A DNA stretch of 64,000 nt. It comes from an uncultured Gammaproteobacteria bacterium (lineage in GTDB: Bacteria > Pseudomonadota > Gammaproteobacteria > Steroidobacterales > Rariloculaceae). The DNA lies in NCBI GenBank assembly GCA_963817615.1, contig CAWFPH010000003.1, forward strand, positions 1,822,718 to 1,886,717, written 5' to 3'. This document shows positions 1 through 9,246 of this stretch, one piece after another (position 1 is the first letter of the stretch; each line of letters opens with the position of its first letter). A program made the position numbers and the translations under genes. Under the pieces are notes generated by a model. It worked only from the letters and a program-made list of their open reading frames with translations. It had not been told where the DNA came from and searched no databases.

Positions 1-778
1 TCCAATCGTCGACGTAGAAGTTCTTGCCTTGCGAGTTCGCGACCGACCGCGCGAGCTCGGTTGCGATGCGGCGCGCCTCGTAGATGTCCTTCACGTCGAG
101 GCGCAGACCCGTCGCAAGGCCGTTCGTGCGGAACAGCTTCGCCGCATCGTCGAAGTTCACGAACACGAGCCCGCGGTCGTACTCGTACATGCCGGCCGAG
201 AAGATGCCGGCCACCTCGAAACGCCGCAGGCGCGGCAACAAGCCCGCCGGCGTGGCGCTCGCCTCGGCGAGCACGAGCACCACCTTGTCGCCGACCTTGA
301 CCCCGAGCGCCTCCGCGAGGCTCGCGCCGAGCACCGCGCGGAAGCTGCCGGGCGTGAGCGCCGCGAGGTCGCCGCTCTGCATCACGTCGCCGATGTTGGA
401 GACGCGGCGCTCGAGATCGGGCTCGATGCCGCGCACGTTCACGCCCGCGAGCTGCTCGCCTGCAACCGCCATCGCTTGACCCTCGACGTAAGGCGCGGCT
501 GCCGCCACATCGGGCCGGGCGAGCGCGCGCTTGCGCAGGTCCTGCCAGTCATCGAGCGTGCCGTCGTAGCCCGCGATCGTCGCATCGGATGCCATGCCGA
601 GAATTCGCACCTGCAGCTCGTGCTCGAAGCCGTCCATCACGGACAGCACGACGATCAGTACGGCGACCGCGAGACCGATGCCGAGCATCGACACGATCGA
701 GATGAACGAGATGAAGCTCTGGCTGCTGCGCGTGCGCAGATAACGGGCCGCGATCGCAAGCTGGTAGGGCTGACGCAT
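1..778 (-). CDS. LolC/LolE-family lipoprotein-release ABC permease. Only the N-terminal part is present; the gene runs off the left edge of the window.
   Basis: Absent from the ORF track because it is open at the window edge. Hand translation of the reverse complement from ATG (776-778) gives MRQPYQLAIAARYLRTRSSQSFISFISIVSMLGIGLAVAVLIVVLSVMDGFEHELQVRI... This is colinear with the N-terminus of the neighbouring paralog (784..2022) and with the LolC/E (FtsX/MacB-type) family. Confidence 0.85.
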   Translation of the reverse strand, partial: MRQPYQLAIAARYLRTRSSQSFISFISIVSMLGIGLAVAVLIVVLSVMDGFEHELQVRILGMASDATIAGYDGTLDDWQDLRKRALARPDVAAAAPYVEGQAMAVAGEQLAGVNVRGIEPDLERRVSNIGDVMQSGDLAALTPGSFRAVLGASLAEALGVKVGDKVVLVLAEASATPAGLLPRLRRFEVAGIFSAGMYEYDRGLVFVNFDDAAKLFRTNGLATGLRLDVKDIYEARRIATELARSVANSQGKNFYVDDW

Positions 779-783
779 CGCGC

Positions 784-2022
784 TCAGTCGTAGCGCAATG
801 CGCTCGCGGGCGCGACGGCCGCGGCCCGGCGCGCAGGATAAATCGTCGCGAGCACGGCGACGAGCAGCGCGGCCGCCGGTATCGCGATTACATCCGTCAA
901 ATGCACCTCCGACGGCAGCTCGGTCACGTAGTAGACGTCACCGGGCATCACCTTGAAGTGCAGCGTCGCTTCCAGCCAAGGCAGTATCGTGCCGACGTTG
1001 AACGCCAGCACCAGACCGAGGGCCGTGCCGAGCAACGTGCCGACCACGCCGATCACCGAGCCTTGCACGAAGAACACCCGGGCGACGCGCTCGGCCTCGA
1101 GCCCGCAGGTGCGCAGGATGGCGATGTCCTTGCGCTTGTCGATCACGACCATCATCAGCGACGCGACGATGTTGAATGCGGCGACGCCCACGATGAACAT
1201 CAAAATGATCGTCATCATGATCTTTTCGATGTGGATCGCACTGAAGAGGTTGCGATGCTCCTCCGTCCAATCCGAGTAGCGCAGACCGGGACCGAGCGCA
1301 GGCAGCTCGGCTTTGCGGAACTCCGCGACGCGCAACGGGTCCTGCAGCCGCACCTCGACGCCTTCGGCCGCTCCGTTCAGCCCCTTCAGCGCACTCGCGT
1401 CGCTCATGTCGACGAGGGCGAGGTTTGCATCGTGATCCTGGATCCCGGCCTCGAAGATGCCGGCGACCGTGAACGCGGCGAAGCTCGGCATCGGCCGGCC
1501 GTCGACGATGCGCGGCACGAGCAGCGTGACGGAGTCGCCGAGCTCGAGCCCGAGATCGAGCGCCAGCACGCGGCCGAGGACGATCCGATGCGAGCCCGGC
1601 GTGAGCGACTCGACGGTGCCGACCTTCATGTAGCGGTCGATGTGCTCGGCGCCCTGCTCCTCGCTCGCCACGATGCCGCGGATGAGCGCCGGTTTGAGAT
1701 TCGGCCCGGCCGCCAGCATCCCTTCGATCGTGACGTACGGCGACACGGCCGCGACGCCGGCCCGACCGAGCAAGCGGCGCTCGAGATCGCTCCAATCCGT
1801 AAGTCCGGCGCGCGACGAGATCGTCGCGTGCGCGCTCATGCTCAGAAGCCGCGTGCGCGTCTCCGTCTCGAGGCCGTTCATGATCGACAAGATCACGATC
1901 AGCGCCGCTACGCCGAGCGCAATGCCGAGAAAAGACGCCGCGCTCATGAAAGACACCACACCGCGCCGCCGCCGCGAACGCAGGTAGCGCAGACCGATGA
2001 ACCACTCGAGCGGCTGAAACAT
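784..2022 (-). CDS. LolC/LolE-family lipoprotein-releasing system transmembrane permease
   Basis: 412-aa ORF starting at ATG: MFQPLEWFIGLRYLRSRRRRGVVSFMSAASFLGIALGVAALIVILSIMNGLETE... It has a C-terminal FtsX-type 3-TM region ending ...ATIYPARRAAAVAPASALRYD. This is the typical LolC/E architecture. Confidence 0.9.
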   Translation of the reverse strand: MFQPLEWFIGLRYLRSRRRRGVVSFMSAASFLGIALGVAALIVILSIMNGLETETRTRLLSMSAHATISSRAGLTDWSDLERRLLGRAGVAAVSPYVTIEGMLAAGPNLKPALIRGIVASEEQGAEHIDRYMKVGTVESLTPGSHRIVLGRVLALDLGLELGDSVTLLVPRIVDGRPMPSFAAFTVAGIFEAGIQDHDANLALVDMSDASALKGLNGAAEGVEVRLQDPLRVAEFRKAELPALGPGLRYSDWTEEHRNLFSAIHIEKIMMTIILMFIVGVAAFNIVASLMMVVIDKRKDIAILRTCGLEAERVARVFFVQGSVIGVVGTLLGTALGLVLAFNVGTILPWLEATLHFKVMPGDVYYVTELPSEVHLTDVIAIPAAALLVAVLATIYPARRAAAVAPASALRYD

Positions 2023-2126
2023 CGAGCGGCATTAAACCACAGCATGCTCGCGCCCGGTCGCCGTTCGGCGACTGGTCGCCCCGCCGGCGAACTGTGACGC
2101 AGGTCCACAAACGCCCGTCGCTCGAT

Positions 2127-2154
2127 TTGAAGGCCTCAGGGGCGGTGCTATAGT
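2127..2154 (+). promoter_or_regulatory. Putative sigma70-type promoter for the 2180 gene
   Basis: TTGAAG (2127-2132), a 16-nt spacer, then TATAGT (2149-2154). AGGGAGG SD at ~2166-2172 and ATG at 2180. Motif match only. Confidence 0.35.
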
Positions 2155-2179
2155 CCTTCGCGTTCAGGGAGGACCGATC

Positions 2180-2473
2180 ATGGCGGAGAAGCTTGCGGCG
2201 ACGATTACCTGGTGCGTGCTTGCGCTCGGCTCGGTCGCGGCACGCGCGGACGTGCTGCTGCTCGACGGCATCGAGCAGGACGCGCAAACGGCCTCGCAGC
2301 GGCCGAAGGCCGGCATGACGATGACGAAAGTCGAAGCGCAGTACGGCGAACCCGCCGAAAAGCATGCCGCGGTCGGCGAGCCGCCGATCACGCGCTGGGA
2401 CTACCCGGATTTCTCGGTCTACTTCGAGCACGATCGCGTCATTCACGCGGTCGCCAAACACCAGCAATCCTGA
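2180..2473 (+). CDS. Small secreted/periplasmic hypothetical protein (97 aa)
   Basis: Strong SD (AGGGAGG) 7 nt upstream of the ATG. N-terminal signal peptide ATITWCVLALGSVAARA|DV. No family confidently recognised; the GMTxxxVxxxYGEP...RWDY..FSVYFE pattern is reminiscent of small BamE-like folds. Confidence 0.6.
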   Translation: MAEKLAATITWCVLALGSVAARADVLLLDGIEQDAQTASQRPKAGMTMTKVEAQYGEPAEKHAAVGEPPITRWDYPDFSVYFEHDRVIHAVAKHQQS

Positions 2474-2624
2474 CGCGCGAGCGGCGCACGGCGCCGCTTC
2501 GACCGCCCGCCGCGGCGCGATCGGCCGGCCGCGCAGCGCGTTGCCGCTGCCACGCAGGTGAAGCGCTTCCGGCGCAGTGCTATGTTCCCCGCCTCTGCTC
2601 GGTCGGAAACGAAGGGATCCGCAC

Positions 2625-3992
2625 ATGCGAACGTTCATTCGGCTCTGCGCGGCGGCCGCACTCGCCGCGCTCGGCGTAACCGCAACCGCCCAGCCCGCCG
2701 GGCCGCCACGCCGCGTAGCCGCGCTCGAGCCGCTGCCGAGTGTGCCGACGGCCGTCGCCCTGCCGCATCTCACGGCACCCGTCGAAGGGCCGGGGCCGAT
2801 ATTCGACTCGGCGCCGTCGCAAGCGCCGGGGTTCGGCTTGGATCACTTCGACTATCGCACCGTCGAGTACTTCGCGTCGGGCACGGCGGACGGACGGCCC
2901 TATACGACCCGCGTCGTAGTGCGCAAGCCGGCGGACGATCGGAAATTCAGCGGGCTCGTGCTCGCGGAATCGATGCATTCGAGCGGCGCGGCGCATGCGT
3001 TCGAGTTCACGGCCGCCTACGTGATGAGCTCGGGGCACGCCGCCGTCGAGATCCTTACGACCTCGCCCGACCAATTCAAAGAATTCAATGCCGCGCGATA
3101 CGCGAGCCTGGCGATCGCCGATGGCCAGGCGAACGACATCATCGCGCAGGTGGGCGCGCTGCTGAAAAGTGCGCAGACGCCGCTCGCTCGGCCCGCGAGA
3201 AAGATCGTGCTCTCCGGCTCGTCGATGAGCTCCGGCACGCTGATCAATTACTTGCCCGCGCACAAGGTCTACCGCACCCCGGACATGCAGCGCATCTACG
3301 ACGGCTTCATGCCGACCTCGGCGGGCGCGACGATCATGGAGGTGGACGTGCCGTTGATCGAGCTGCCGACGATGCTCGAGCTCGAAACGAACGTACCGTG
3401 GCGCCAGGACAGCGACGAGCCCGGCAAGCAGTTCCGCTTGTACGAGATCGCCGCGGCGGGCCATGTCGACTCGCGCGACAACGTTCGCTTCGAGCCGAAT
3501 CCGTGCACGCACGAATTGAGCACGATTCCGCTGCAGGCATACATGTCGGTCGCGCTCTACCACCTGTTCCGCTGGATCGACCAGGGCATTCCGGCGCCGC
3601 ACGCGGATCGCGTGCTGCTCGACCGCGATACCTCGAACGACGGCTCTATGATGGCGCTCGACGACCACGGCAATCCCCGGGGCGGCATTCGCAATCCATA
3701 CGTCGACGTGCCGACGGCGAAGTACGCCGCTCTCAACACGGCCGTCGAGCCGCTGATCCCGAGCCCGAGCCGGTACATCGCCGCCAATGGCCTCCAGGGC
3801 GCACGCTTGATGTGCAGGCTGAGCGCTTATCAGGTGCCGTTCTCGAAGGCCGAGCTCAAGAAGCTCTACGGCACTCCGCACGCTTACCTGCACAAGGTGG
3901 AGCAGCGGCTCGACGAGCTCGAGAAGCAGGGTTGGTCGCTGCCGCTGTATCGCGATTGGGTCTTGGCGGACGCCAAGAAGGTCGAGTTCTAG
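2625..3992 (+). CDS. Secreted hypothetical protein (455 aa), possibly of alpha/beta-hydrolase-like fold
   Basis: ORF-track entry 2577..3992, trimmed to the in-frame ATG at 2625 (MRTFIRLCAAAALAALGVTATA|QP signal peptide, AAGGGA SD-like upstream). Its composition is unlike the Arg/Ala-rich spurious frames. The function is not established from sequence alone. Confidence 0.6.
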   Translation: MRTFIRLCAAAALAALGVTATAQPAGPPRRVAALEPLPSVPTAVALPHLTAPVEGPGPIFDSAPSQAPGFGLDHFDYRTVEYFASGTADGRPYTTRVVVRKPADDRKFSGLVLAESMHSSGAAHAFEFTAAYVMSSGHAAVEILTTSPDQFKEFNAARYASLAIADGQANDIIAQVGALLKSAQTPLARPARKIVLSGSSMSSGTLINYLPAHKVYRTPDMQRIYDGFMPTSAGATIMEVDVPLIELPTMLELETNVPWRQDSDEPGKQFRLYEIAAAGHVDSRDNVRFEPNPCTHELSTIPLQAYMSVALYHLFRWIDQGIPAPHADRVLLDRDTSNDGSMMALDDHGNPRGGIRNPYVDVPTAKYAALNTAVEPLIPSPSRYIAANGLQGARLMCRLSAYQVPFSKAELKKLYGTPHAYLHKVEQRLDELEKQGWSLPLYRDWVLADAKKVEF

Positions 3993-3999
3993 CGAAACG

Positions 4000-4026
4000 C
4001 CGCGGCCGCACTGCGTGCGGCCGCGG
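4000..4026. terminator. GC-rich perfect hairpin between convergent genes (putative bidirectional terminator)
   Basis: CCGCGGCCGCAC (4000-4011), loop TGC, GTGCGGCCGCGG (4015-4026): a 12-bp perfect stem. It lies between the stop at 3992 (+) and the stop at 4059 (-). There is no strong U-tract, hence moderate confidence. Confidence 0.45.
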
Positions 4027-4058
4027 TCTACACTGCGGCTCCGTCGCCAGCAAACCGC

Positions 4059-4751
4059 TTAGAAGCTGCGGCGGAATCCGATGTGCACGTTGTCGTCGAC
4101 GTTGCGGTGGCCGAACATCGTCGTGTCGATTTTGAACAGCCGATAACCCACGAACACGTCGGTGTTGTCACGGACTCGCGTGAGCAGACGCGCCGTCACG
4201 TCGGTCACGTTATCGGCCTCCCCGAACGTCATGATGTCGGGCGAATAGAAACCGCTCACTCGCAAGGACGTCGCGCGTCGAGTGCGGTTGAAGAAGTATT
4301 CGACCTCGCCGCCGACGCCGATGCCGAAGATGTCCTGGTTTTCGATGCCGAGCAGAGCGCCGTAGGCCCGCGCGCCGACGCTGAACTGTAGCGCACGGTT
4401 GTTCTCGAGATCGCGATCGCCGACCGGCGTGAGCAAGTCCGCGACGCCGATCAGATCGCGATCCTCGTTGTAGAAGACACCGCCTCGCGCCTGGACGCGT
4501 CCGATGCCGCCGCCGACATCGACGTCGCGCACGTACTGGACCTGCGCTGCGTTCTCGCCGATGTAGACCTCGATCGAGTGGTCGATGGTGTGCACGCGGT
4601 CGGCGATGCGGCCGCGATCGCCCCGTCCGTCGTTTTGGTCTTGCGCCGCAGCGGCGCCCGAAAGCGCCACCGCGAGCGCGCACAGCACCGCAGCCGTCTT
4701 GCGGCGGCGGCGCAGGGCGAATGATTCTCGACGATCGTTGAAATCGGTCAT
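4059..4751 (-). CDS. Outer-membrane beta-barrel protein (YfaZ-like)
   Basis: ORF 4059..4829, trimmed to ATG 4751 (GGAG SD 7 nt upstream). Signal peptide RRRRKTAAVLCALAVALSGAAAA|QD. Alternating beta-strand pattern and a C-terminal ...VHIGFRRSF ending in Phe, typical of OMPs. Confidence 0.7.
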   Translation of the reverse strand: MTDFNDRRESFALRRRRKTAAVLCALAVALSGAAAAQDQNDGRGDRGRIADRVHTIDHSIEVYIGENAAQVQYVRDVDVGGGIGRVQARGGVFYNEDRDLIGVADLLTPVGDRDLENNRALQFSVGARAYGALLGIENQDIFGIGVGGEVEYFFNRTRRATSLRVSGFYSPDIMTFGEADNVTDVTARLLTRVRDNTDVFVGYRLFKIDTTMFGHRNVDDNVHIGFRRSF

Positions 4752-5114
4752 TGCAGTTCTCCGAGAGCGAAGAGCCGGCTGCAGCAGTACTTCGATTGCA
4801 CCCTGTTCCGTTCCTTGGAGGGCGGCCATGGCTCAGATGATCGCGCCGTCGTTCCGTGGCGCGGCGATTGCGGAATACGTAGCAAGTTGTATGCCACTAA
4901 GCCGCGCTTCCCCGAGCGCGGGCGTCATCGCCGCAAATCGCCCCAATTCGTTGCGCCCGTATCACGATTTGGAGCGGCGGTAACAATACTTGCAACGCCG
5001 AACGTTGCGTCGAAGCCGCAGAGAATTCTGCTGCGCCCGTCGATGCGCCATCGCGCGAGTGGCTCGGATCTTGCTTCGTCCTCGTTCGATGATTCTTCGA
5101 TGTGGAGGCAAAAC

Positions 5115-5687
5115 ATGAAGGGCCCATTGCTGCTCGCGGCGCTGGTGTTGCTCGCGCCGACCGCGGCGTTTGCGCAACCCTACGTGGTCGCGCAGCTCGG
5201 TTACGCGAACGGCGACTTTCCGCTCGACGCGCCGTTCAACGGCGTAATCGACGACTCGAGTCCCACCTACGGCGTCGACCTCGGAATCGGTTTCGGCCAC
5301 AAGCTCGCGGCCGAGTTCGGCTACAACGGTTACGGTGGATTCGATGGTCGGGGCAACCCGTGCGCACCGGGCGCCACGTGCACGCCGGTCACGGTCAACA
5401 TTCCGAGCAACGACCAGACCGTCTACAAGCTCTCGATCGTCCGGCGCTTCGACGTCGGCAAGCTCACCGTGTTCGGCAAGGCCGGCTTGTACCGCGCGGA
5501 CGTCCACACCAATCTCGAGGTGCCCGACTCGAACATCACGATGACCGGCGTGCTCCTCGACGCCGGTGTTCGCTGGTACCTCGCGGAGCGGCCATGGAGT
5601 GTCTCGGTCGAATTGGCGAGGCTCGACGACAACGTCTCGCAGTTCACGGTGGGCTTCGGTTGGAGCCCGCGGCCGCTCATCGACTGA
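5115..5687 (+). CDS. Outer-membrane beta-barrel domain protein (OmpA/OmpW-like small barrel)
   Basis: ORF 4815..5687, trimmed to ATG 5115 (GGAGG SD 8 nt upstream). MKGPLLLAALVLLAPTAAFA|QPYVVAQLGYANGDF...; repeated G-Y/F aromatic-girdle beta strands. Confidence 0.7.
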   Translation: MKGPLLLAALVLLAPTAAFAQPYVVAQLGYANGDFPLDAPFNGVIDDSSPTYGVDLGIGFGHKLAAEFGYNGYGGFDGRGNPCAPGATCTPVTVNIPSNDQTVYKLSIVRRFDVGKLTVFGKAGLYRADVHTNLEVPDSNITMTGVLLDAGVRWYLAERPWSVSVELARLDDNVSQFTVGFGWSPRPLID

Positions 5688-5692
5688 GGGGC

Positions 5693-7012
5693 CTAACCGC
5701 TCGCATCGAGCGCTTGCCGCGCGGCCCGACGCCCGCTTTCGAGCGCGCCCGCCACGGTTCCCGATTCACCGTCCACGGCCGCGGCCTCGCCGGCGAAGTA
5801 CAGCGTCTGCTCGAGCGGCGCGGCGAGCAGCCGCCGCGCCGTGCCCGCGCCGCCGACGGTCACGTAGCTGTAAGCCCCGCGCGCGAACGGGTCGCGCTGC
5901 CAATCGTGCGCGTACGCGGCCATCGGTGGAGGAACGCGGCCGCGCCGGAACAGGCTCTCGAGACCGTCGACCGCGAGTCGAATCGAGGCGGCGGCACTGC
6001 GACGCGCGAGGCGAGCGGCGTACGGCCCGGCCGCCCACGCCGTGAGCAACGGCGCACGGACCGGCAGCCCGGTCCAATAAGTCGGGAACGCCGCTTCGGC
6101 CGCATGGAAAAATGCGGCCTCTCGGTAGCGTCCAGCGTCGAGCGTCTCCCAGAAACGCTCGCCGAACCGGAGCACGACCTTCAGGACCGGACCCGCCGCA
6201 AGTCCTCGCAATGCGGCCCGCTTCGCACCGAGATCCGGGACGAACCGCACGCCGCCCGCGGCGCGGCCGCCGCGCGCAAGCACTCCGAGCGGCAGCGCGA
6301 CGATCACCTGCCGGGCGCGTGCTCGCCACTCGCGCCCGGCGCGCACGGCCGCTACGTCGACCTCGCCGCGCCGCCAGGACAGCGTGTGCACGACGGTGTC
6401 CTGCGCGATCTCGACAAGCGGCGGGTCGAGCGCCGCCGCGAGCGCGCCGATGAGCACGCCATAGCCGTCACGCGGGCGAAACGTCGGCGCGTCGACGCCG
6501 CTCGCGCCGCGCCATTCCTCGAGTATCGCGAACGTGCTCGCACGGCTCGCATCGGCGGCGTCGAAGCCCTCGACGAGCAGGCGAGCGAATGTGCGCACGG
6601 CGGGCGACAGATGCTTGCGCGCAGGGCCTTCGAGGAACGCCGCGAGCGGCAAGTCCCGACCCGGCCGCGGAACGGCGGCGAGGCCCTGCTCGAGCGCTCC
6701 GAACAGGCTTTCGGCCGGTTCGAGCCGACTGCCGCGCAGCACGAAGCGCTCGCCGGCCGCGTCGATGAGCACGGTTGGCGAGCGGCCGATCCAATCGAGC
6801 GTCGCGGCCGGGGTCCCATGCACGAACTCCGCACCGAGCTCGATCGGCACTGCAAGATCCGGCTCGCGGCGCGTGAATATTCGTCCGCCCAGCCGGTCCC
6901 GCGCCTCGAGGACGCAAACGGACCGGCCCGCGCGCGCGAGCTCGACGGCCGCCGCGAGTCCCGCCGCGCCTGCGCCGACGACCAGCACTTCGAACCGCCG
7001 CGGGCCGCTCAC
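5693..7012 (-). CDS. FAD-dependent amine oxidase family oxidoreductase
   Basis: The N-terminal dinucleotide-binding motif VLVVGAGAAGLAAAVELARAGRSVCVLEARDRLGGRI and the C-terminal ...LYFAGEA...GTVAGALESG are hallmarks of flavin amine oxidases. The ORF-track start at 7039 is a TTG. The GTG at 7012, preceded by GGGAGGG, is preferred, but the start remains uncertain. Confidence 0.8.
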   Translation of the reverse strand: MSGPRRFEVLVVGAGAAGLAAAVELARAGRSVCVLEARDRLGGRIFTRREPDLAVPIELGAEFVHGTPAATLDWIGRSPTVLIDAAGERFVLRGSRLEPAESLFGALEQGLAAVPRPGRDLPLAAFLEGPARKHLSPAVRTFARLLVEGFDAADASRASTFAILEEWRGASGVDAPTFRPRDGYGVLIGALAAALDPPLVEIAQDTVVHTLSWRRGEVDVAAVRAGREWRARARQVIVALPLGVLARGGRAAGGVRFVPDLGAKRAALRGLAAGPVLKVVLRFGERFWETLDAGRYREAAFFHAAEAAFPTYWTGLPVRAPLLTAWAAGPYAARLARRSAAASIRLAVDGLESLFRRGRVPPPMAAYAHDWQRDPFARGAYSYVTVGGAGTARRLLAAPLEQTLYFAGEAAAVDGESGTVAGALESGRRAARQALDASG

Positions 7013-7038
7013 GCAGGAGCCCTCCCGGGCTGCGCGCA

Positions 7039-7932
7039 ATGGTGACGGCTCGCGTGGGGATCTCCGGCTGGCGTTATCCGCCTTGGCGCGGCGCGTTCTA
7101 TCCCGAAGATCTGCCGCAGCGCAGCGAGCTCGCCTATGCGGCCGAACGCTTCGCCACGATCGAGCTCAACGGCAGCTTTTACTCCTTGCAGCGCCCCGAA
7201 TACTACGAGCGCTGGCGCAACGAAGTGCCGGAGGACTTCGAATTTGCGGTCAAGGGCTCGCGCTACATCACTCACATGCTCAGGCTGCGCGACATCGAGG
7301 TCGCGCTGGCGAACTTCTTCGCGTCCGGAGTGCTCGCTCTCGATCGCAACCTCGGCCCGCTGCTCTGGCAGCTGCCGCCGACGATGCCGTACGAACGCGA
7401 CCTCTTGCGGGCGTTTCTCGCCCTGCTGCCGCGCGATGGCGCCGCGGCGACTGCCCTTGCACGGCGCCACGACGAACGCCTTGCGGGCCGCGCCTATACC
7501 TACGCGGATCCTCGTCGCCCGTTGCGGCATGCGCTCGAGGTTCGACATCCGAGCTTTGCCGCGCAGGAGGTCATCGAGCTGCTGCGCAGCGAAGACGTGG
7601 CACTCGTCGTCGCCGATACGGCCGGCAAATGGCCTCTGCTCGAGGATGTGACGGCGGACTTCGTATACGTTCGACTGCACGGCGACAAGGAACTCTACGT
7701 GAGCGGCTACGCGGAGCCCGCGCTCGATCATTGGGCCGCACGGGTCCGCTCGTGGCTCGCGGGCCGACGGCCGCGCGGCGCGCGCACCGTGGCACCGCCC
7801 GCGGCCGCGCTGCCACGCGACGTGTACGTTTACTTCGACAACGACGTCAAGGTCTACGCACCGTACGACGCCCAACGTTTGGCCGCAAAGCTTCGCTCCC
7901 GCCGCGGCACCCGCGTGGCCGTTGCCCGTTAG
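7039..7932 (+). CDS. DUF72 (YecE-like) family protein
   Basis: The 297-aa ORF begins MVTARVGISGWRYPPWRGAFYPEDLPQRSELAYAAERFATIELNGSFYSL..., the characteristic DUF72 N-terminus. Confidence 0.85.
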   Translation: MVTARVGISGWRYPPWRGAFYPEDLPQRSELAYAAERFATIELNGSFYSLQRPEYYERWRNEVPEDFEFAVKGSRYITHMLRLRDIEVALANFFASGVLALDRNLGPLLWQLPPTMPYERDLLRAFLALLPRDGAAATALARRHDERLAGRAYTYADPRRPLRHALEVRHPSFAAQEVIELLRSEDVALVVADTAGKWPLLEDVTADFVYVRLHGDKELYVSGYAEPALDHWAARVRSWLAGRRPRGARTVAPPAAALPRDVYVYFDNDVKVYAPYDAQRLAAKLRSRRGTRVAVAR

Positions 7933-8082
7933 TGTTTCTCGGTCGAGCCGGGCCCCGTCGTCTTGCGGCCGGATCGTGGTAGCCGTGTGAACCTCCTTGC
8001 GGCTCGAATCCCTTCCGCAACTGCGATCGGCGCGTGCGGCCGCCGCGAAGCGGCCTAGGACCGGGCCCGGGCTACGCACCGT

Positions 8083-9150
8083 CTACGCGGCGTGAGCGGA
8101 CCTCCGGCGCGCGCGTACGGCCGCGGCGATTCGCTCGAGCAGCGCGGCGGACGTCGGCCAATCGATGCAGCCGTCCGTGATGCTCTGACCATAGCGCAAC
8201 GGCACGCCCGACTCGAGCGACTGCCGGCCGCCGACCAGGTGGCTCTCGATCATGAGGCCGACGATGCGCCTGTCGCCTTTTGCGATTTGCGAGGCGACGT
8301 CGTCGACCACGCGCGGCTGGTCATCCGGATTCTTGCCGCTGTTCGCATGGCTCGCATCGATCAGCACGCGCGGCGGTAGGCCCGCGCGCTCGAGCAAGCC
8401 GCACGCGGCGGCGACGTGCTCGGCGCCGTAATTCGGGGCGGCGCCGCCGCGCAGAATCACGTGCCCGTCCGGATTGCCGCGGGTCGCTGCGGCCGCCGCG
8501 CGACCGTCCTTCGTGACCGCGAGAAAATGATGCGGGTGCGCGGCCGCGCGCACGGCGTCGACCGCAATCTGCACGTTACCGTCCGTGCCGTTCTTGAAGC
8601 CGACCGGACACGACAATCCGGACGCCATCTCGCGATGCACTTGGCTTTCGGTGGTGCGCGCACCGATCGCGCCCCATGCGACGAGATCGGCGATGTACTG
8701 CGGCGAGATCGTGTCGAGGTACTCGCAGCCCGCGGGCAGGCCGAGCGCATTGATGTCGCAGAGCAGCGACCGCGCGAGCCTAAGGCCCTTGTCGATGTTG
8801 AACGTGCCGTCGAGATCGGGATCGTTGATAAGACCCTTCCAGCCGACCGTCGTGCGCGGCTTCTCGAAGTACACGCGCATCACGATCTCGAGCGCGTCGC
8901 CGAGCGTATCGCGCAGCGGCCGCAGGCGGCGCGCGTAGTCGATGGCCGCGCTGCGGTCGTGAATGGAGCAGGGTCCGATCACGACGGCGAGCCGATCGTC
9001 GCGCCCCGCCAGGATCGCGTGCAGCGCGCGGCGCGAAGCCGCCACCGTCGCGACCATCGTCGCGTCGCACGGGAACGCGCGCAGGAGCTCGGCCGGCGTC
9101 GCGAGCGGAGCGTAGCTGCGGATTCGTAGGTCGTCGGTATGGGGCGCCAT
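8083..9150 (-). CDS. aroG: 3-deoxy-7-phosphoheptulonate (DAHP) synthase, class I (AroF/G/H type)
   Basis: 355 aa. Motifs: ...VVIGPCSIHD..., ...YFEKPRTTVGWKGLINDPDLDGTFNIDKGL..., ...ESHLVGGRQ... ATG at 9150 with GGAG SD. The feedback specificity (Phe, Tyr or Trp isozyme) cannot be read from the sequence. Confidence 0.95.
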   Translation of the reverse strand: MAPHTDDLRIRSYAPLATPAELLRAFPCDATMVATVAASRRALHAILAGRDDRLAVVIGPCSIHDRSAAIDYARRLRPLRDTLGDALEIVMRVYFEKPRTTVGWKGLINDPDLDGTFNIDKGLRLARSLLCDINALGLPAGCEYLDTISPQYIADLVAWGAIGARTTESQVHREMASGLSCPVGFKNGTDGNVQIAVDAVRAAAHPHHFLAVTKDGRAAAAATRGNPDGHVILRGGAAPNYGAEHVAAACGLLERAGLPPRVLIDASHANSGKNPDDQPRVVDDVASQIAKGDRRIVGLMIESHLVGGRQSLESGVPLRYGQSITDGCIDWPTSAALLERIAAAVRARRRSAHAA

Positions 9151-9192
9151 GTGGGTCTCCGTTTGGCCCGATCGAGCTCGGATTCCGGCGGC

Positions 9193-9223
9193 GAAAAAAA
9201 AGCCGCCGGGGTCACCGGCGGCT
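9193..9223 (-). terminator. Rho-independent terminator within the DAHP-synthase leader (attenuator terminator)
   Basis: On the minus strand: AGCCGCCGG-TGACC-CCGGCGGCT, an 8-9 bp G/C stem, followed by T8. It lies 42 nt upstream of the aroG-type ATG and 24 nt downstream of the leader-ORF stop. Confidence 0.6.
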
Positions 9224-9246
9224 CTTTCGGGATGCTGTCTACTGAC

